A DNA stretch of 64,000 nt from assembly GCA_963758635.1 (NCBI GenBank), contig CAVWWD010000008.1:800001-864000 (forward strand). Direction: 5' to 3'. Position 1 is the first letter of the stretch. Each line of letters begins with the position of its first letter. This document shows, in pieces, positions 20,329 through 29,707 of this stretch. Source of the DNA: an uncultured Candidatus Rokubacteria bacterium (lineage in GTDB: Bacteria > Methylomirabilota > Methylomirabilia > Rokubacteriales > CSP1-6). A program made the position numbers and the translations under genes. The notes under the pieces were generated by a model. It saw only the letters and a program-made list of their open reading frames with translations, ran no database searches and was not told the DNA's origin.

Positions 20329-21579
20329 TCAGCGCGGGTACCGCTCGCCGAACGCGACGAGCGCGGCCAGGAACGGGTCCACGGGGGGCGTGGCGATGCC
20401 CGCGCCGATCATGCGGGGCGCGGCCCGGTGGACGATCGCGGTGTTGATGGCGGGCACGATCCCGGTCCGCGCGACCTTCCTGATGTCGATCCCCGTGGGC
20501 GTGCCCTGGCCGCCCAGCGGCGCGATCGGGAAGAGCGGGTTCGCGCCGGCGCAGATCTCGGCCATGCGCCGGGTGGTGGCCACGGCGTCGTCGAACGACC
20601 CCGCGCCGACGATCCGCTGGACGGCGGGCGAGGCGGCCATGGCCATGCCGCCCAGGCCGTAGGTCTCCATGATGGCCGAGTCGCCGGTGTCGAGGTTGGC
20701 GTCGGCGGCGCCGAAGCCCGGGAAGTAGAGTCCGGCGACCGCGCTGGCGGGGCCGGTGAACCAGCGATCGCCGAGCCCGGCCACCCGGATCCCGAACTCC
20801 ACGCCGTTGCGCGCCATCGTCGACACGATCGTGGACCCCTCGAGGCCGTCTATCGATCGTGCGGCAGCCTTGGCCGCGCACATCGACCACGCGAGGAAGA
20901 ACTGATCGTTGTCACGCGTCACGAGCCGCATGATCGGCTCGAGCCGTGCTCCGTCCGGCACCGCGCTCACCAGCGGGGCGGCGAGCTGTCGGGCGAGGAG
21001 TCCCGTCGCCGCGGCGTTGCGCATGTGCATCTCGTCGCCCATGCCGAGGGCCTGGGCCATCAGGCTGGCCAGGTCGATGGGGCCGGTGCGCTCGAGCACC
21101 GCCGAGAACGCCGGCGCCACCACGTCGCGGATCCACGCGAGGCCGGCGAGGGTCTCGGGCCCGTGCGCGCCGAAGCGGAGCTGGTGTCCCCACGGCCCGT
21201 CGGCGATGAAGCTCCCGGTCGCGGTCCCGTTCACCGCGTCCTCGACGACCAGGAGGGGCGTGGCCGGCGAGATCACGCCGGCCATGGGGCCGACGGCGCC
21301 CAGCGAATGGCACGGCGCGAAGTCGATCTCTCCCGAGCCGGCGAGCGCCTGCGCGTCGTCCGCGGTCCTGGCCCAGCCCTCGAAGAGGATGGCGGCGGTC
21401 ACCGCCCCGCGCATCGGCCCGCACATGCGCTCCCAGGCGATCGGCGGGCCGGCGTGGAGCAGGCGGCGCCCGGTGAGCCCCAGCGCCTCGCCGGCCGGCC
21501 GGACCGCGGTCCACGCGGGGCGAGCGCGCACGAGGCGGTCCACGGCCTCACGGTTCGCGGCGGCGATGTCGACGGTCAT
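20329..21579 (-). CDS. DUF1116 (YlbE/YahG, AllG-like) protein
   Basis: LLHAGPP, CGPMRGA, VGPMAG, MGDEMHMRN, MARNG, GDSAIMET.GLGG, PAINT. Confidence 0.9.
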   Translation of the reverse strand: MTVDIAAANREAVDRLVRARPAWTAVRPAGEALGLTGRRLLHAGPPIAWERMCGPMRGAVTAAILFEGWARTADDAQALAGSGEIDFAPCHSLGAVGPMAGVISPATPLLVVEDAVNGTATGSFIADGPWGHQLRFGAHGPETLAGLAWIRDVVAPAFSAVLERTGPIDLASLMAQALGMGDEMHMRNAAATGLLARQLAAPLVSAVPDGARLEPIMRLVTRDNDQFFLAWSMCAAKAAARSIDGLEGSTIVSTMARNGVEFGIRVAGLGDRWFTGPASAVAGLYFPGFGAADANLDTGDSAIMETYGLGGMAMAASPAVQRIVGAGSFDDAVATTRRMAEICAGANPLFPIAPLGGQGTPTGIDIRKVARTGIVPAINTAIVHRAAPRMIGAGIATPPVDPFLAALVAFGERYPR

Positions 21580-21696
21580 GATCGTTCGGGCCGTAGGATG
21601 CGCGACGGCCGGGGGCATTGTAGAGGAAGCGGAAATGCGCCGGGAGACTTTGTGGCGGTGGTGGTCCTCGGGCGCCTCCGCTATACTGCCGCGGCC

Positions 21697-23251
21697 ATGA
21701 GCGGATCTCTTGCCCTCGCCCTCCGGGGGATCAGCAAGGCCTTCCCCGGTGTCGTCGCCAACGATCGCATCGACCTGGACGTGCACGCGGGCGAGGTGCA
21801 CGCGCTCGTCGGTGAGAACGGCGCGGGGAAGAGCACGCTGATGAAGATCGTGTACGGGTATCTGCGCGCCGACGCGGGAGAGATACGTGTCGATGGCGCC
21901 CCGGTCTCGATCCGCTCGCCCGGGGACGCGAGGCGGCTCGGCATCGGCATGGTGTTCCAGGACTTCGTCCAGGTGCCCGCGTTCAGCGTGGCCGACAACA
22001 TCGCGCTGTTCCTTCCGGACCTGCCGTGGGCGCTCGACGCGCGGGCGCTGGCCGCGCGCATCGAGGCCACGTCCGAGCGCTACGGCCTGCGCGTCGATCC
22101 CGCGGCGCCGCTCGGGCGTCTGTCGATCGGGGAGCGCCAGCGCGTCGAGATCGTGAAGCTGCTGCTCGCCGAGGCGCGGCTCCTCATCCTGGACGAGCCC
22201 ACGCGCAGCCTGGCGCCGCACGAGGTGGACAGCCTGTTCCGCGTGTTCGCGGGCCTGCGCGCCGACGGGTACGCGGTCGTCTTCATCACCCACAAGATGC
22301 CCGAGGTGCTGGCCTGCGCCGATCGCATCACGGTGCTGCGCCGCGGGCGGGTGACGGGCACGCTGGGGCGGGCCGAGGCCACCGCGGCGGGTCTGGTCTC
22401 GCTGATGTTCGGCGAGACCCTCGGCGAGCCGGCGGCCGCTCGCACGGCCGCGCCGTCTCCGCGCGCCGGCGCGCCGCTTCTCGAGCTGCGTGGGGTGAGC
22501 ACCCGAGCCGAAGGCCGAGAGACCGCGCTCGCCGCCGTGGACCTCGCCGTGCGGGCGGGCGAGGTCGTCGGCGTCGCCGGCGTGGCGGGCAACGGGCAGC
22601 GCGAGCTCGGGGACCTGGTGCTGGGCCTCACGTCGTGCGCCGACGGGGTCGAAGCGGCTTGGCGGAGATGACGCCACCGGCTGGTCGGTGGCGCGCGTCC
22701 GGGCGGCCGGCGTGGCGTTCGTGCCCGAGGATGCCTCCGAGATGGGCGCGGTGCCCGGTCTGACGCTCCTCGAGAACATGATGCTGGGCGACACGCGGAA
22801 GTACGCGCGCCGGGGCGGCCTCGCTCTGGACTCGGCCCGCGCCCGGGCGGACCTCGCCGGCTCGCTCGCCCGGCTCGGCGTGACGCTGCCGTCGCTCGAC
22901 CTCCGCGCCGGGGCGCTCTCCGGCGGCAACGTCCAGCGCCTGATCCTCGCCCGCGAGATGGCCCGGGAGCCGCGGCTCATCGTGGCCTTCTATCCGACGC
23001 GCGGCCTGGACGTGAGGAGCGCGGCGGCGGCGCGGGCCTTTCTGGCCGCGCGCCGCGACGCGGGCGCGGGCGTGCTGCTGATCTCCGAGGACCTGGACGA
23101 GCTCTGCGCCCTGAGCGACCGGCTCGTCGTGCTGTCACGCGGGCGCATCGCCGGCGCCGGCACGCCGGAGACGTTGACCGTCGAGGAGATCGGCTACCTG
23201 ATGACGGGCACCCGCGAGCGGGATGAGCGAGGCGCGGGCGTCGGCGCCTGA
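21697..23251 (+). CDS. Nucleoside/purine (CUT2-type) ABC ATPase, two domains (frameshift near 22650)
   Basis: FPGVVAND, GENGAGKSTL, LILDEPT, AGVAGNGQ, LSGGNVQR, PTRGLD. Confidence 0.9.
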
Positions 23252-24275
23252 CCCCGTCCGCCGGCGGGCCGCCCGCGGGCTCGCCGGCCTCGGGCGCGCC
23301 GCCGGTCTCTCCGCCGTCGCGCTCGCGGTGTTCGCCGCGGTGCTGGTCGTGTTCGGCAAGGATCCCGTCAAGGCCTACGTCGACGTCCTCTCGAGCACGC
23401 TCGGGAGCGGGTACGGCGTGTCCGAGACGGTCGTCAAGATGATCCCACTCGTCCTGACCGCGGTGGCGGTGGCGGTGCCGGGCCGGGTGTGGCTGATCAA
23501 CGTCGGCGGCGAGGGCCAGCTCTTCGTCGGAGCCCTCGCCGCGACGTGGGTGGCGCTCGGCCTGCACGGGCTGTCCGCGTGGATCGTGCTACCGTGCATG
23601 GCCGCCATGGGCTTCGCGGGCGGGGGCCTGTGGGCGGCCCTGGCGGGGTGGCTGCGGGCGCGCGGCTGGGTCAGCGAGACCATCTCGACGCTGCTGCTGA
23701 ACTACGTGGCGATCCTGCTCGTGAACTTCTTCGTCTTCGGCCCGTGGAAGGACCCCGAAGGGGTGAACTACCCGCAGACGGCGGAGTTCGCGCCCGGCGC
23801 GGTGCTGCCCACGCTCGGCGGGACGCGCGTGCATCTCGGCCTGGCCTTCGCCATCCTTGCCGTCGCCGCGTTCGCCTTCGTGCTCGCGAGGACGCGCTGG
23901 GGTCTGGAGATGCGAGCGATGGGCGGCAACGCCGAGGCGGCGCGGCGCGCGGGCATCCCCGTCGGCCGGTACGTGGTGGCGCTCATGTTCCTGGGCGGCG
24001 GCCTGGCCGGCCTCGCGGGGATGGCCGAGGTGTCGGCGATCCAGGGGCGGCTCAGGCCCAGCCTGTCCCCGGGCTACGGCTACACGGGCTTCCTCGTGAG
24101 CTGGATGGCGGGTGGGCATCCGCTCGGCATCCTGGGCGCGGCCTTCCTGCTCGCCGTGGTCACCGCGGGAGGAGACATTCTCCAGATGTCGCAGGCGGTG
24201 CCCGGCTCGGTCGTGAACATCCTGATGGCCGTCATCCTGTTCGTCGTGCTCGGCCGCAGGACGGCCTGGCGCTGA
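23223..24275 (+). CDS. Nucleoside ABC permease 1
   Basis: INVGGEGQ, ETISTLLLNYV, GYGYTG. Confidence 0.9.
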   Translation: MSEARASAPDPVRRRAARGLAGLGRAAGLSAVALAVFAAVLVVFGKDPVKAYVDVLSSTLGSGYGVSETVVKMIPLVLTAVAVAVPGRVWLINVGGEGQLFVGALAATWVALGLHGLSAWIVLPCMAAMGFAGGGLWAALAGWLRARGWVSETISTLLLNYVAILLVNFFVFGPWKDPEGVNYPQTAEFAPGAVLPTLGGTRVHLGLAFAILAVAAFAFVLARTRWGLEMRAMGGNAEAARRAGIPVGRYVVALMFLGGGLAGLAGMAEVSAIQGRLRPSLSPGYGYTGFLVSWMAGGHPLGILGAAFLLAVVTAGGDILQMSQAVPGSVVNILMAVILFVVLGRRTAWR

Positions 24276-25189
24276 TGGCGGCCCTCATCCGGAGCCTGCT
24301 TGCCGGCGCCGCCGTCTCCGGCGCCCCGCTCCTCTACGCGACGCTCGCCGAGCTGGTCAGCGAGCGCGCGGGCATCGTGAACCTCGGGCTGGAAGGCGTC
24401 ATGCTGATGGGCGCGGTCACGGGCTTCGCCGTCACCGCGAGCACGGGATCGTCGGCCCTCGGCGTGCTCGCCGCGGCGGCCGCCGGCGCCGCGTTCAACA
24501 TGATCTTCGCGTACCTGGTCGTGGGCCGGCGGGCCAACCAGCTCGCGAGCGGGCTGGCCCTCATGTTCTGCGGCGTGGGGCTCTCCGCGCTCGTGGGGGC
24601 GCCGTACGTGGGCCGCCAGATCGCAGGCCTGCCCGAGCTGCCGGTGCCGGTGCTCTCCGCCGTGCCCGTGATCGGCCCCGCCCTCTTCACCCACGACGCG
24701 CTGGTCTACGGGGCGGTGCCCGCGGCCCTGCTGCTCCACTGGCTGCTCTTCTCGACGCGCTGGGGGCTCGGGCTGCGCGCGGTCGGGGAGAACCCCGCGG
24801 CCGCGTTCGCCGCCGGACGCAGTCCATGGGCCGTCCAGTACCAGGCGCTCGCCATCGCGGGGATGCTCGGGGGCATCGCCGGCGCCTCGCTCTCCGTCGG
24901 GATCGCCCGGGCGTGGGCCGAGTGGATGACGGCGGGACGCGGGTTCATCGCGGTGGCGCTGGTGATCTTCGCCAAGTGGCAGCCCCTTCGCGCCATCGGC
25001 GGCGCGCTCCTGTTCGGAGGCGCCATCTCGCTGCAGCTCCAGCTCCAGGCGCGCGGGCTGCCGGTCTCGCCGTTCCTCCTCGACATGCTGCCGTATCTTC
25101 TGAGCCTGGCCGTGCTGATCGGGTGGGGCGGCGCGCGGCGGCACGCCGCGCCCGGGAGCCTGGGCCGGGTCTTCCAGGGCACGCCGTAG
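24275..25189 (+). CDS. Nucleoside ABC permease 2
   Basis: SERAGIVNLGLEG, RAVGENP, GRGFIAVALVIF, MLPY. Confidence 0.9.
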   Translation: MAALIRSLLAGAAVSGAPLLYATLAELVSERAGIVNLGLEGVMLMGAVTGFAVTASTGSSALGVLAAAAAGAAFNMIFAYLVVGRRANQLASGLALMFCGVGLSALVGAPYVGRQIAGLPELPVPVLSAVPVIGPALFTHDALVYGAVPAALLLHWLLFSTRWGLGLRAVGENPAAAFAAGRSPWAVQYQALAIAGMLGGIAGASLSVGIARAWAEWMTAGRGFIAVALVIFAKWQPLRAIGGALLFGGAISLQLQLQARGLPVSPFLLDMLPYLLSLAVLIGWGGARRHAAPGSLGRVFQGTP

Positions 25190-25301
25190 GGATGCGTCCC
25201 GGCGGCACGCGACGCGTGTGCACGGAGAAGCGCGATGTTGGCGCGCGCGCCGGCGTCGAGTTCTGCATTTGTGTCACAACATGGAGGCAAGGAGCCACGT
25301 C

Positions 25302-26381
25302 ATGAACGCGACGAGAGCGCTGGCGGCACTGCTGAGCGGGGTCCTCCTGCTGTCCGCTGCCGGGTCCCCCGCCACGGCGGCCGGGCTCAAGGTGGGAGTC
25401 GTGCACATCGGATCCGTCGCGGACGGCGGATACAACCAGGCCCACGCCGAGGGCATCCAGGCCATGAAGCGCAACGTGCCGGGCGTGGAGGTCATCACGG
25501 TCGAGAACGTCCCCGAGGGCGCGGACGCCGAGCGCGTGATGGAGAACATGATCAAGCAGGGGGCGACCCTGATCTTCGCGGCCAGCTTCGGCTACCTCGA
25601 GCCCGCGCTGCGTGTCGCCGCCCGGTACCCGGAGGTGAAGTTCGTCCACCCCGGCGGCTACAAGCGCGCGCCCAACCTGACGACGTACTGGGCGAGCACG
25701 CCCGAGGCCTTCTACCTGATGGGCGTGGCCGCGGGCAAGACGACGAAGACGAACAAGCTGGGGTACGTGGTGGCGCTGCCCATCAGCTTCTTCCTCGCCA
25801 ACGTGAACGCGTTCCAGCTCGGCGCGCGCTCGGTGAACCCGAAGGCCGAGACGCGCGTCGTCTTCACGGGCGGATTCATGGACCCCGCCAAGGAAGCGGC
25901 CGCGGCGAGCGCGCTCCTGGACCAGGGCGTGGACGTGCTCGGGGTCATCGTGGACTCGCCGGTCACCGTGGTCCAGACCGCGGAGAAGCGCGGCGCGTAC
26001 TCGGTGGGGTTCCACTACGTCGGCGCCCAGAAGTTCGCGCCGAAGGGATGGGTCAGCGGCGTCGCGTTCACGTGGGGCAACCTCTACACGACGTTCGCGA
26101 CGCAGGTCATGGAAGGCCGCTTCAAGAGCGAGAACATCCTGGGCTCGCTCGCCGACGACTTCCTGACCATCGCGCCGTTCGGCCCCGCCGTGCCCCCGGA
26201 CGCGGCGCAGCTCGTCGCCACCGCCCGCCAGGAGCTCGTGTCCGGCAAGCGCCAGCCCTTCGTGGGACCGCTCAAGGACAACCGCGGCGCCGAGCGGGTG
26301 AAGGCGGGCGAGACCTTCCCGCTCACCGACCTCCGCAAGATGGACTGGCTCGTCGAGGGCGTGGTCGGCCAGCCGCGCTGA
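25302..26381 (+). CDS. BMP-family ABC substrate-binding protein
   Basis: DGGYNQAH, ENVPEG, ASFGY, NAFQLGA, MDWLVEGV. Confidence 0.92.
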   Translation: MNATRALAALLSGVLLLSAAGSPATAAGLKVGVVHIGSVADGGYNQAHAEGIQAMKRNVPGVEVITVENVPEGADAERVMENMIKQGATLIFAASFGYLEPALRVAARYPEVKFVHPGGYKRAPNLTTYWASTPEAFYLMGVAAGKTTKTNKLGYVVALPISFFLANVNAFQLGARSVNPKAETRVVFTGGFMDPAKEAAAASALLDQGVDVLGVIVDSPVTVVQTAEKRGAYSVGFHYVGAQKFAPKGWVSGVAFTWGNLYTTFATQVMEGRFKSENILGSLADDFLTIAPFGPAVPPDAAQLVATARQELVSGKRQPFVGPLKDNRGAERVKAGETFPLTDLRKMDWLVEGVVGQPR

Positions 26382-26389
26382 CGGCCGGG

Positions 26390-27607
26390 CTATCCGGCGG
26401 GCGAGCCCCGCGCATCAGACCCAGGCCGAGCGGTGGGATTGTAGAGGCCCGTGTCGGTTAGCGTGCCCTGCGAGGGTCTTTGGCCCGCGGCGCCCGGGCG
26501 GTCGAAGCGGAGGCGGCGCCACAGCTCGGGCCGGGCGTCGCGGCCGAGGGCGAGACGGGCGAGCACGTCACCGATCATCGGCGAGAGCGCGAAGCCGTGG
26601 CCGGAGAAGCCCGCGGCGACGAAGAGCCCGTCGATGCCGGGAACGGGCCCCAGCACCGGAACCTCGTCGGGGGTGAACGCCTCGAGCCCGGCCCAGCCCC
26701 GGGCGAACGCGACGCCCGCGACGGACGGGTACACCTCCCGAGCGGTCGCCAGGCTCGAGTCCACGCTGTCCGGGATCAGCTCCCAGCCGTTGGCCGACAG
26801 GTTCACGACGCGCGCGGGCCAGCCGCCGCCGATCAGGTACGCGCCGGAGTCGAGCTGCTTGAAGCTCAGCTTCCGGCCGAAGGCGCCCAGCACCGGCTGG
26901 AGCGCGGCGCGCGCCGTCGCCGTGAGGAGCATCTGGAGCGGGCGCGTCTCCAGGCGGAGTCCGATCTCGGCGCTCGCCAGCAGCCCGGCAGTCCAGACGC
27001 CGGCGGCCACGATGGCGACATCGCACCCCTGGACGGCGCCGTCGCTGCGCCGGATGCCGGTGAGACGCCCGCCGGTGACGACGAGGGCGTCCGCGCCCAC
27101 GCCTTCCTCGATGCGTGCCCGCTCGCGCAGGGCCGCGATGCCGAACGCGCGCACGGTCCCCATCGCGTCGGCCTGGCCGTCGATCGGCGAGTAGACGCCG
27201 CCGAGGCATGCCGGCGTCACGCCGGGCGCGAGCTGGCGGGCCGAGGGGGCGTCCACGACCTCGAGGGTGACGCCATCCTTCGCCTGCTCCGCGACCCACC
27301 CCGGCGCCTCTCGCCACGCGTCGTCGTCCAGCGCCACGCGCAGCCCCCCGCCCCTCCGGTACTCGGTCGGGTGTCCCAGCTCCCGCGAGAGGTCCGGCCA
27401 TCGGTCGAGGCTGGCGAGGGCCAGGGCGCGCTCGGCGGGGTCACGGCCCATCACGCGTACGCCGGCCGCGCTGGCGCCCGATGCGGCGGCGCCGATCTGT
27501 TCGCGCTCGAGCACGGTGACCTGCACGCTCGGGTCCTCACGGCGGATGTGCCAGGCCGTGCTGAGGCCCATCAGCCCGCCGCCCACGATGACCACGGAGA
27601 TCGGCAC
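26390..27607 (-). CDS. FAD-dependent oxidoreductase (DAO/sarcosine oxidase beta-like)
   Basis: VIVGGGLMG, ASGASAAG, WAGL..FTPD..P, GFSGHGFALSP. Confidence 0.9.
   Translation of the reverse strand: MPISVVIVGGGLMGLSTAWHIRREDPSVQVTVLEREQIGAAASGASAAGVRVMGRDPAERALALASLDRWPDLSRELGHPTEYRRGGGLRVALDDDAWREAPGWVAEQAKDGVTLEVVDAPSARQLAPGVTPACLGGVYSPIDGQADAMGTVRAFGIAALRERARIEEGVGADALVVTGGRLTGIRRSDGAVQGCDVAIVAAGVWTAGLLASAEIGLRLETRPLQMLLTATARAALQPVLGAFGRKLSFKQLDSGAYLIGGGWPARVVNLSANGWELIPDSVDSSLATAREVYPSVAGVAFARGWAGLEAFTPDEVPVLGPVPGIDGLFVAAGFSGHGFALSPMIGDVLARLALGRDARPELWRRLRFDRPGAAGQRPSQGTLTDTGLYNPTARPGSDARGSPAG
26402..26479 (+). repeat. Structured intergenic repeat family A, copy 3
   Basis: Matches 3392-3470 and 6422-6497; 20 nt after BMP stop. 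Confidence 0.8.
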
Positions 27608-27734
27608 CCGAGTCCCCTCGCCCCCGTATAGCACACCGAGCCTGGGCTGGTCCCGCCGCGCGTGGAATAATGCGGCCAACGGCCGAGGGGCGACCGGGAA
27701 GGGGTCCCGCCGTCCGCCGGTCCGGGAGGCGACC

Positions 27735-28739
27735 ATGGACAGACGCCACGGGCTCGGCCGGCGGGAGTTCCTGCGGGGGATGCGCGCGCTGGGCGTGGCG
27801 GCGGTCCCCGTCCTGGCGACGACGATCTCAACGTCCCCGGCTCGGTCGAGCGGCGGGGCAGGAGGATCTTCAATGAAGACGGCGTACGATCCGGCGGCGA
27901 AGTTCGAGCTGAAGGTGAGCGAGGTCGAGTTCCGGCGTGCGGTGAGCGGGCGCATGCTGATGGCCCGGATCTACCAGCCGCAGGGCGTGGGACCGTTCCC
28001 CGTGATCCTCGACCTCCACGGCGGCGCCTGGAACGGAAAGGACCGCACGGCGAACGAGCCCATGGACCGGGCGGTGGCGGCGAGCGGCGTGCTCGTGGTG
28101 GCCATCGACCTCACGCTCGCCCCGGAGGCGCCGTATCCCGCGTCCGTCCAGGACGGCAACTTCGGGGTGCGCTGGCTCAAGTCACGGGCGGCCGAGTGGA
28201 ACGGCGACCCGGGCGGGCTGGGGCTCATCGGCAGCTCGAGCGGCGGTCACGTGGCCCAGCTCCTCGCCATGCGCCCGCGCGACGCGCGCTACAACGCGCT
28301 GTCGGTGCCCGCGCATCCCGCGGTGGACGCGACGGTGGCATACGTCGCCACGCGGTCGCCGATCAGCGACACGCAGGCGCGCTTCCAGCAGGCGGAGAAG
28401 ATGAGCCGCGAGGGGATGATCAAGAGCAACCGGACGTACTTCCACCCGTGGGAGAGCATCGTCGAGGCCAACCCGCAGGGCATCCTCGACCGCCGCGAGC
28501 CGGTGTCGCTGCCGCCGCTCCTGATCATGCAGGGGGCCCTCGACGACAACGTGCTGCCCGCCGTGCAGGAGAAGTTCGCCGCGTCCTACCGCGCCGCGGG
28601 CGGGCAGTGCGACCTCACGATCTTCGAAGGGTGCGAGCACGAGTGGGTGGCGAAGCCGGGTCTCCAGACCGATCGCGCCCACGAGATGGTGAAGGCCTTC
28701 GTCGCGCGGAACCTGGCCGCGGCGCGGCGCGCGTCGTAA
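27735..28739 (+). CDS. Alpha/beta hydrolase (HSL-like esterase), possible Tat signal; alternative start 27873
   Basis: HGGAW, GSSSGGH nucleophile elbow, GALDDNV, CEHEW; RREFL leader. Confidence 0.85.
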   Translation: MDRRHGLGRREFLRGMRALGVAAVPVLATTISTSPARSSGGAGGSSMKTAYDPAAKFELKVSEVEFRRAVSGRMLMARIYQPQGVGPFPVILDLHGGAWNGKDRTANEPMDRAVAASGVLVVAIDLTLAPEAPYPASVQDGNFGVRWLKSRAAEWNGDPGGLGLIGSSSGGHVAQLLAMRPRDARYNALSVPAHPAVDATVAYVATRSPISDTQARFQQAEKMSREGMIKSNRTYFHPWESIVEANPQGILDRREPVSLPPLLIMQGALDDNVLPAVQEKFAASYRAAGGQCDLTIFEGCEHEWVAKPGLQTDRAHEMVKAFVARNLAAARRAS

Positions 28740-28766
28740 GGCCGGCCCTCGCGCCGGCCCGGGCGT

Positions 28767-29273
28767 CTACTCCAGGGGGCGGCCGAACCGCTCGAGGTGC
28801 GCCACCTCGCGGAGCGACTTGCGCCGCTTCTTGCCGCGACCCACCGGCCGCGCCGGGTAGCCGAACGGAAGGATCGCCAGCACCTCCAGGTCGGCCGGGA
28901 TGCCGAGCACGCCCTTGACCCCGTCGAGCCCGCCGAAGCCCACCCAGTTCGAGCCGACGCCGTCGGCCCATGCCGCGAGCAGCATGGACTGGATGGCCCG
29001 GCTCGCGTCGGAGACGGCGAAGCGGCTCTTGCTGGTCGCGACGACGACGGCGAGCGGCGCCTCGGCGACGTAGCGGCCGCTCGAGGCCAGCCCACCCAGC
29101 GTGCGGAGGGTCTCGCGGTCGCGGACCACGATGAAGTGCCAGGGCTGTCCGTTCATGCCGCTGCCGGTGAGGCGGCCCGCCTCCACGATGCGGCGGGTCA
29201 CGTCGTCGGGCACCGGAGTGTTCCGATAGCTGCGCACGGCCAGGAGCGTGCGGATCGCCTCGAAGACATTCAT
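28767..29273 (-). CDS. Nitroreductase family protein
   Basis: VRSY, SGMNGQPWHFIVV, GVGSNWVG, FGYP. Confidence 0.9.
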   Translation of the reverse strand: MNVFEAIRTLLAVRSYRNTPVPDDVTRRIVEAGRLTGSGMNGQPWHFIVVRDRETLRTLGGLASSGRYVAEAPLAVVVATSKSRFAVSDASRAIQSMLLAAWADGVGSNWVGFGGLDGVKGVLGIPADLEVLAILPFGYPARPVGRGKKRRKSLREVAHLERFGRPLE

Positions 29274-29364
29274 GGATGCTTACCTGCTATTCTTACGGGC
29301 CAATGAGCTCCGGCGCAAGATCCGCGGTCGGTCCGTGCTGCTGATCGCGGAGAGTTGGTGGGCC

Positions 29365-29707
29365 AGCTTTCCCTCGTCGTAGCCGCGCCCGGTGTAGGTG
29401 ATGGGGATCTCGTAGACGCGGTAGCCGCGCCGGAAGAGCTTCAGCGTCACCTCCACCTCGAAGTCGAACGAGGACGATTGCAGATCCAGGTCACGCAGCG
29501 CCGCCGTCCGGATGACCTTGAAGCCCAGAACGGCGGGTACACGACGTTCAAGCCGCCCGCGTAGATGGGCTCGCCGGCGAGGAGGCGCCGGCCCTGCTCC
29601 CAGTGGCGGGGGAAGTCGCCGCGCGGGCCGACGACGATCAGGATCCACTCGACGGTGAGCCACGTGGCTCCCACGAGGATGGGGAGCCAGCGTCGCCGGC
29701 GACTCAC
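29365..29707 (-). pseudogene. Chimeric remnant: N-terminus of a GT87-like membrane glycosyltransferase joined to a C-terminal fragment of a GT2 (DPM-synthase-like) gene
   Basis: GDF..HW..GRRLLAGEPIY....VYPPF (29707-~29525), then FKVIR..LDLQSSSFDFEVEVT.KL.RRGYRVYEIPITYTGRGYDEGK in another frame. Confidence 0.7.

Noticed and set aside
20314..22980. Long overlapping N-terminal extensions of DUF1116 and the ABC ATPase
   Set aside because: Family similarity starts at 21579 (-) and 21697 (+); the extensions are antisense read-through.
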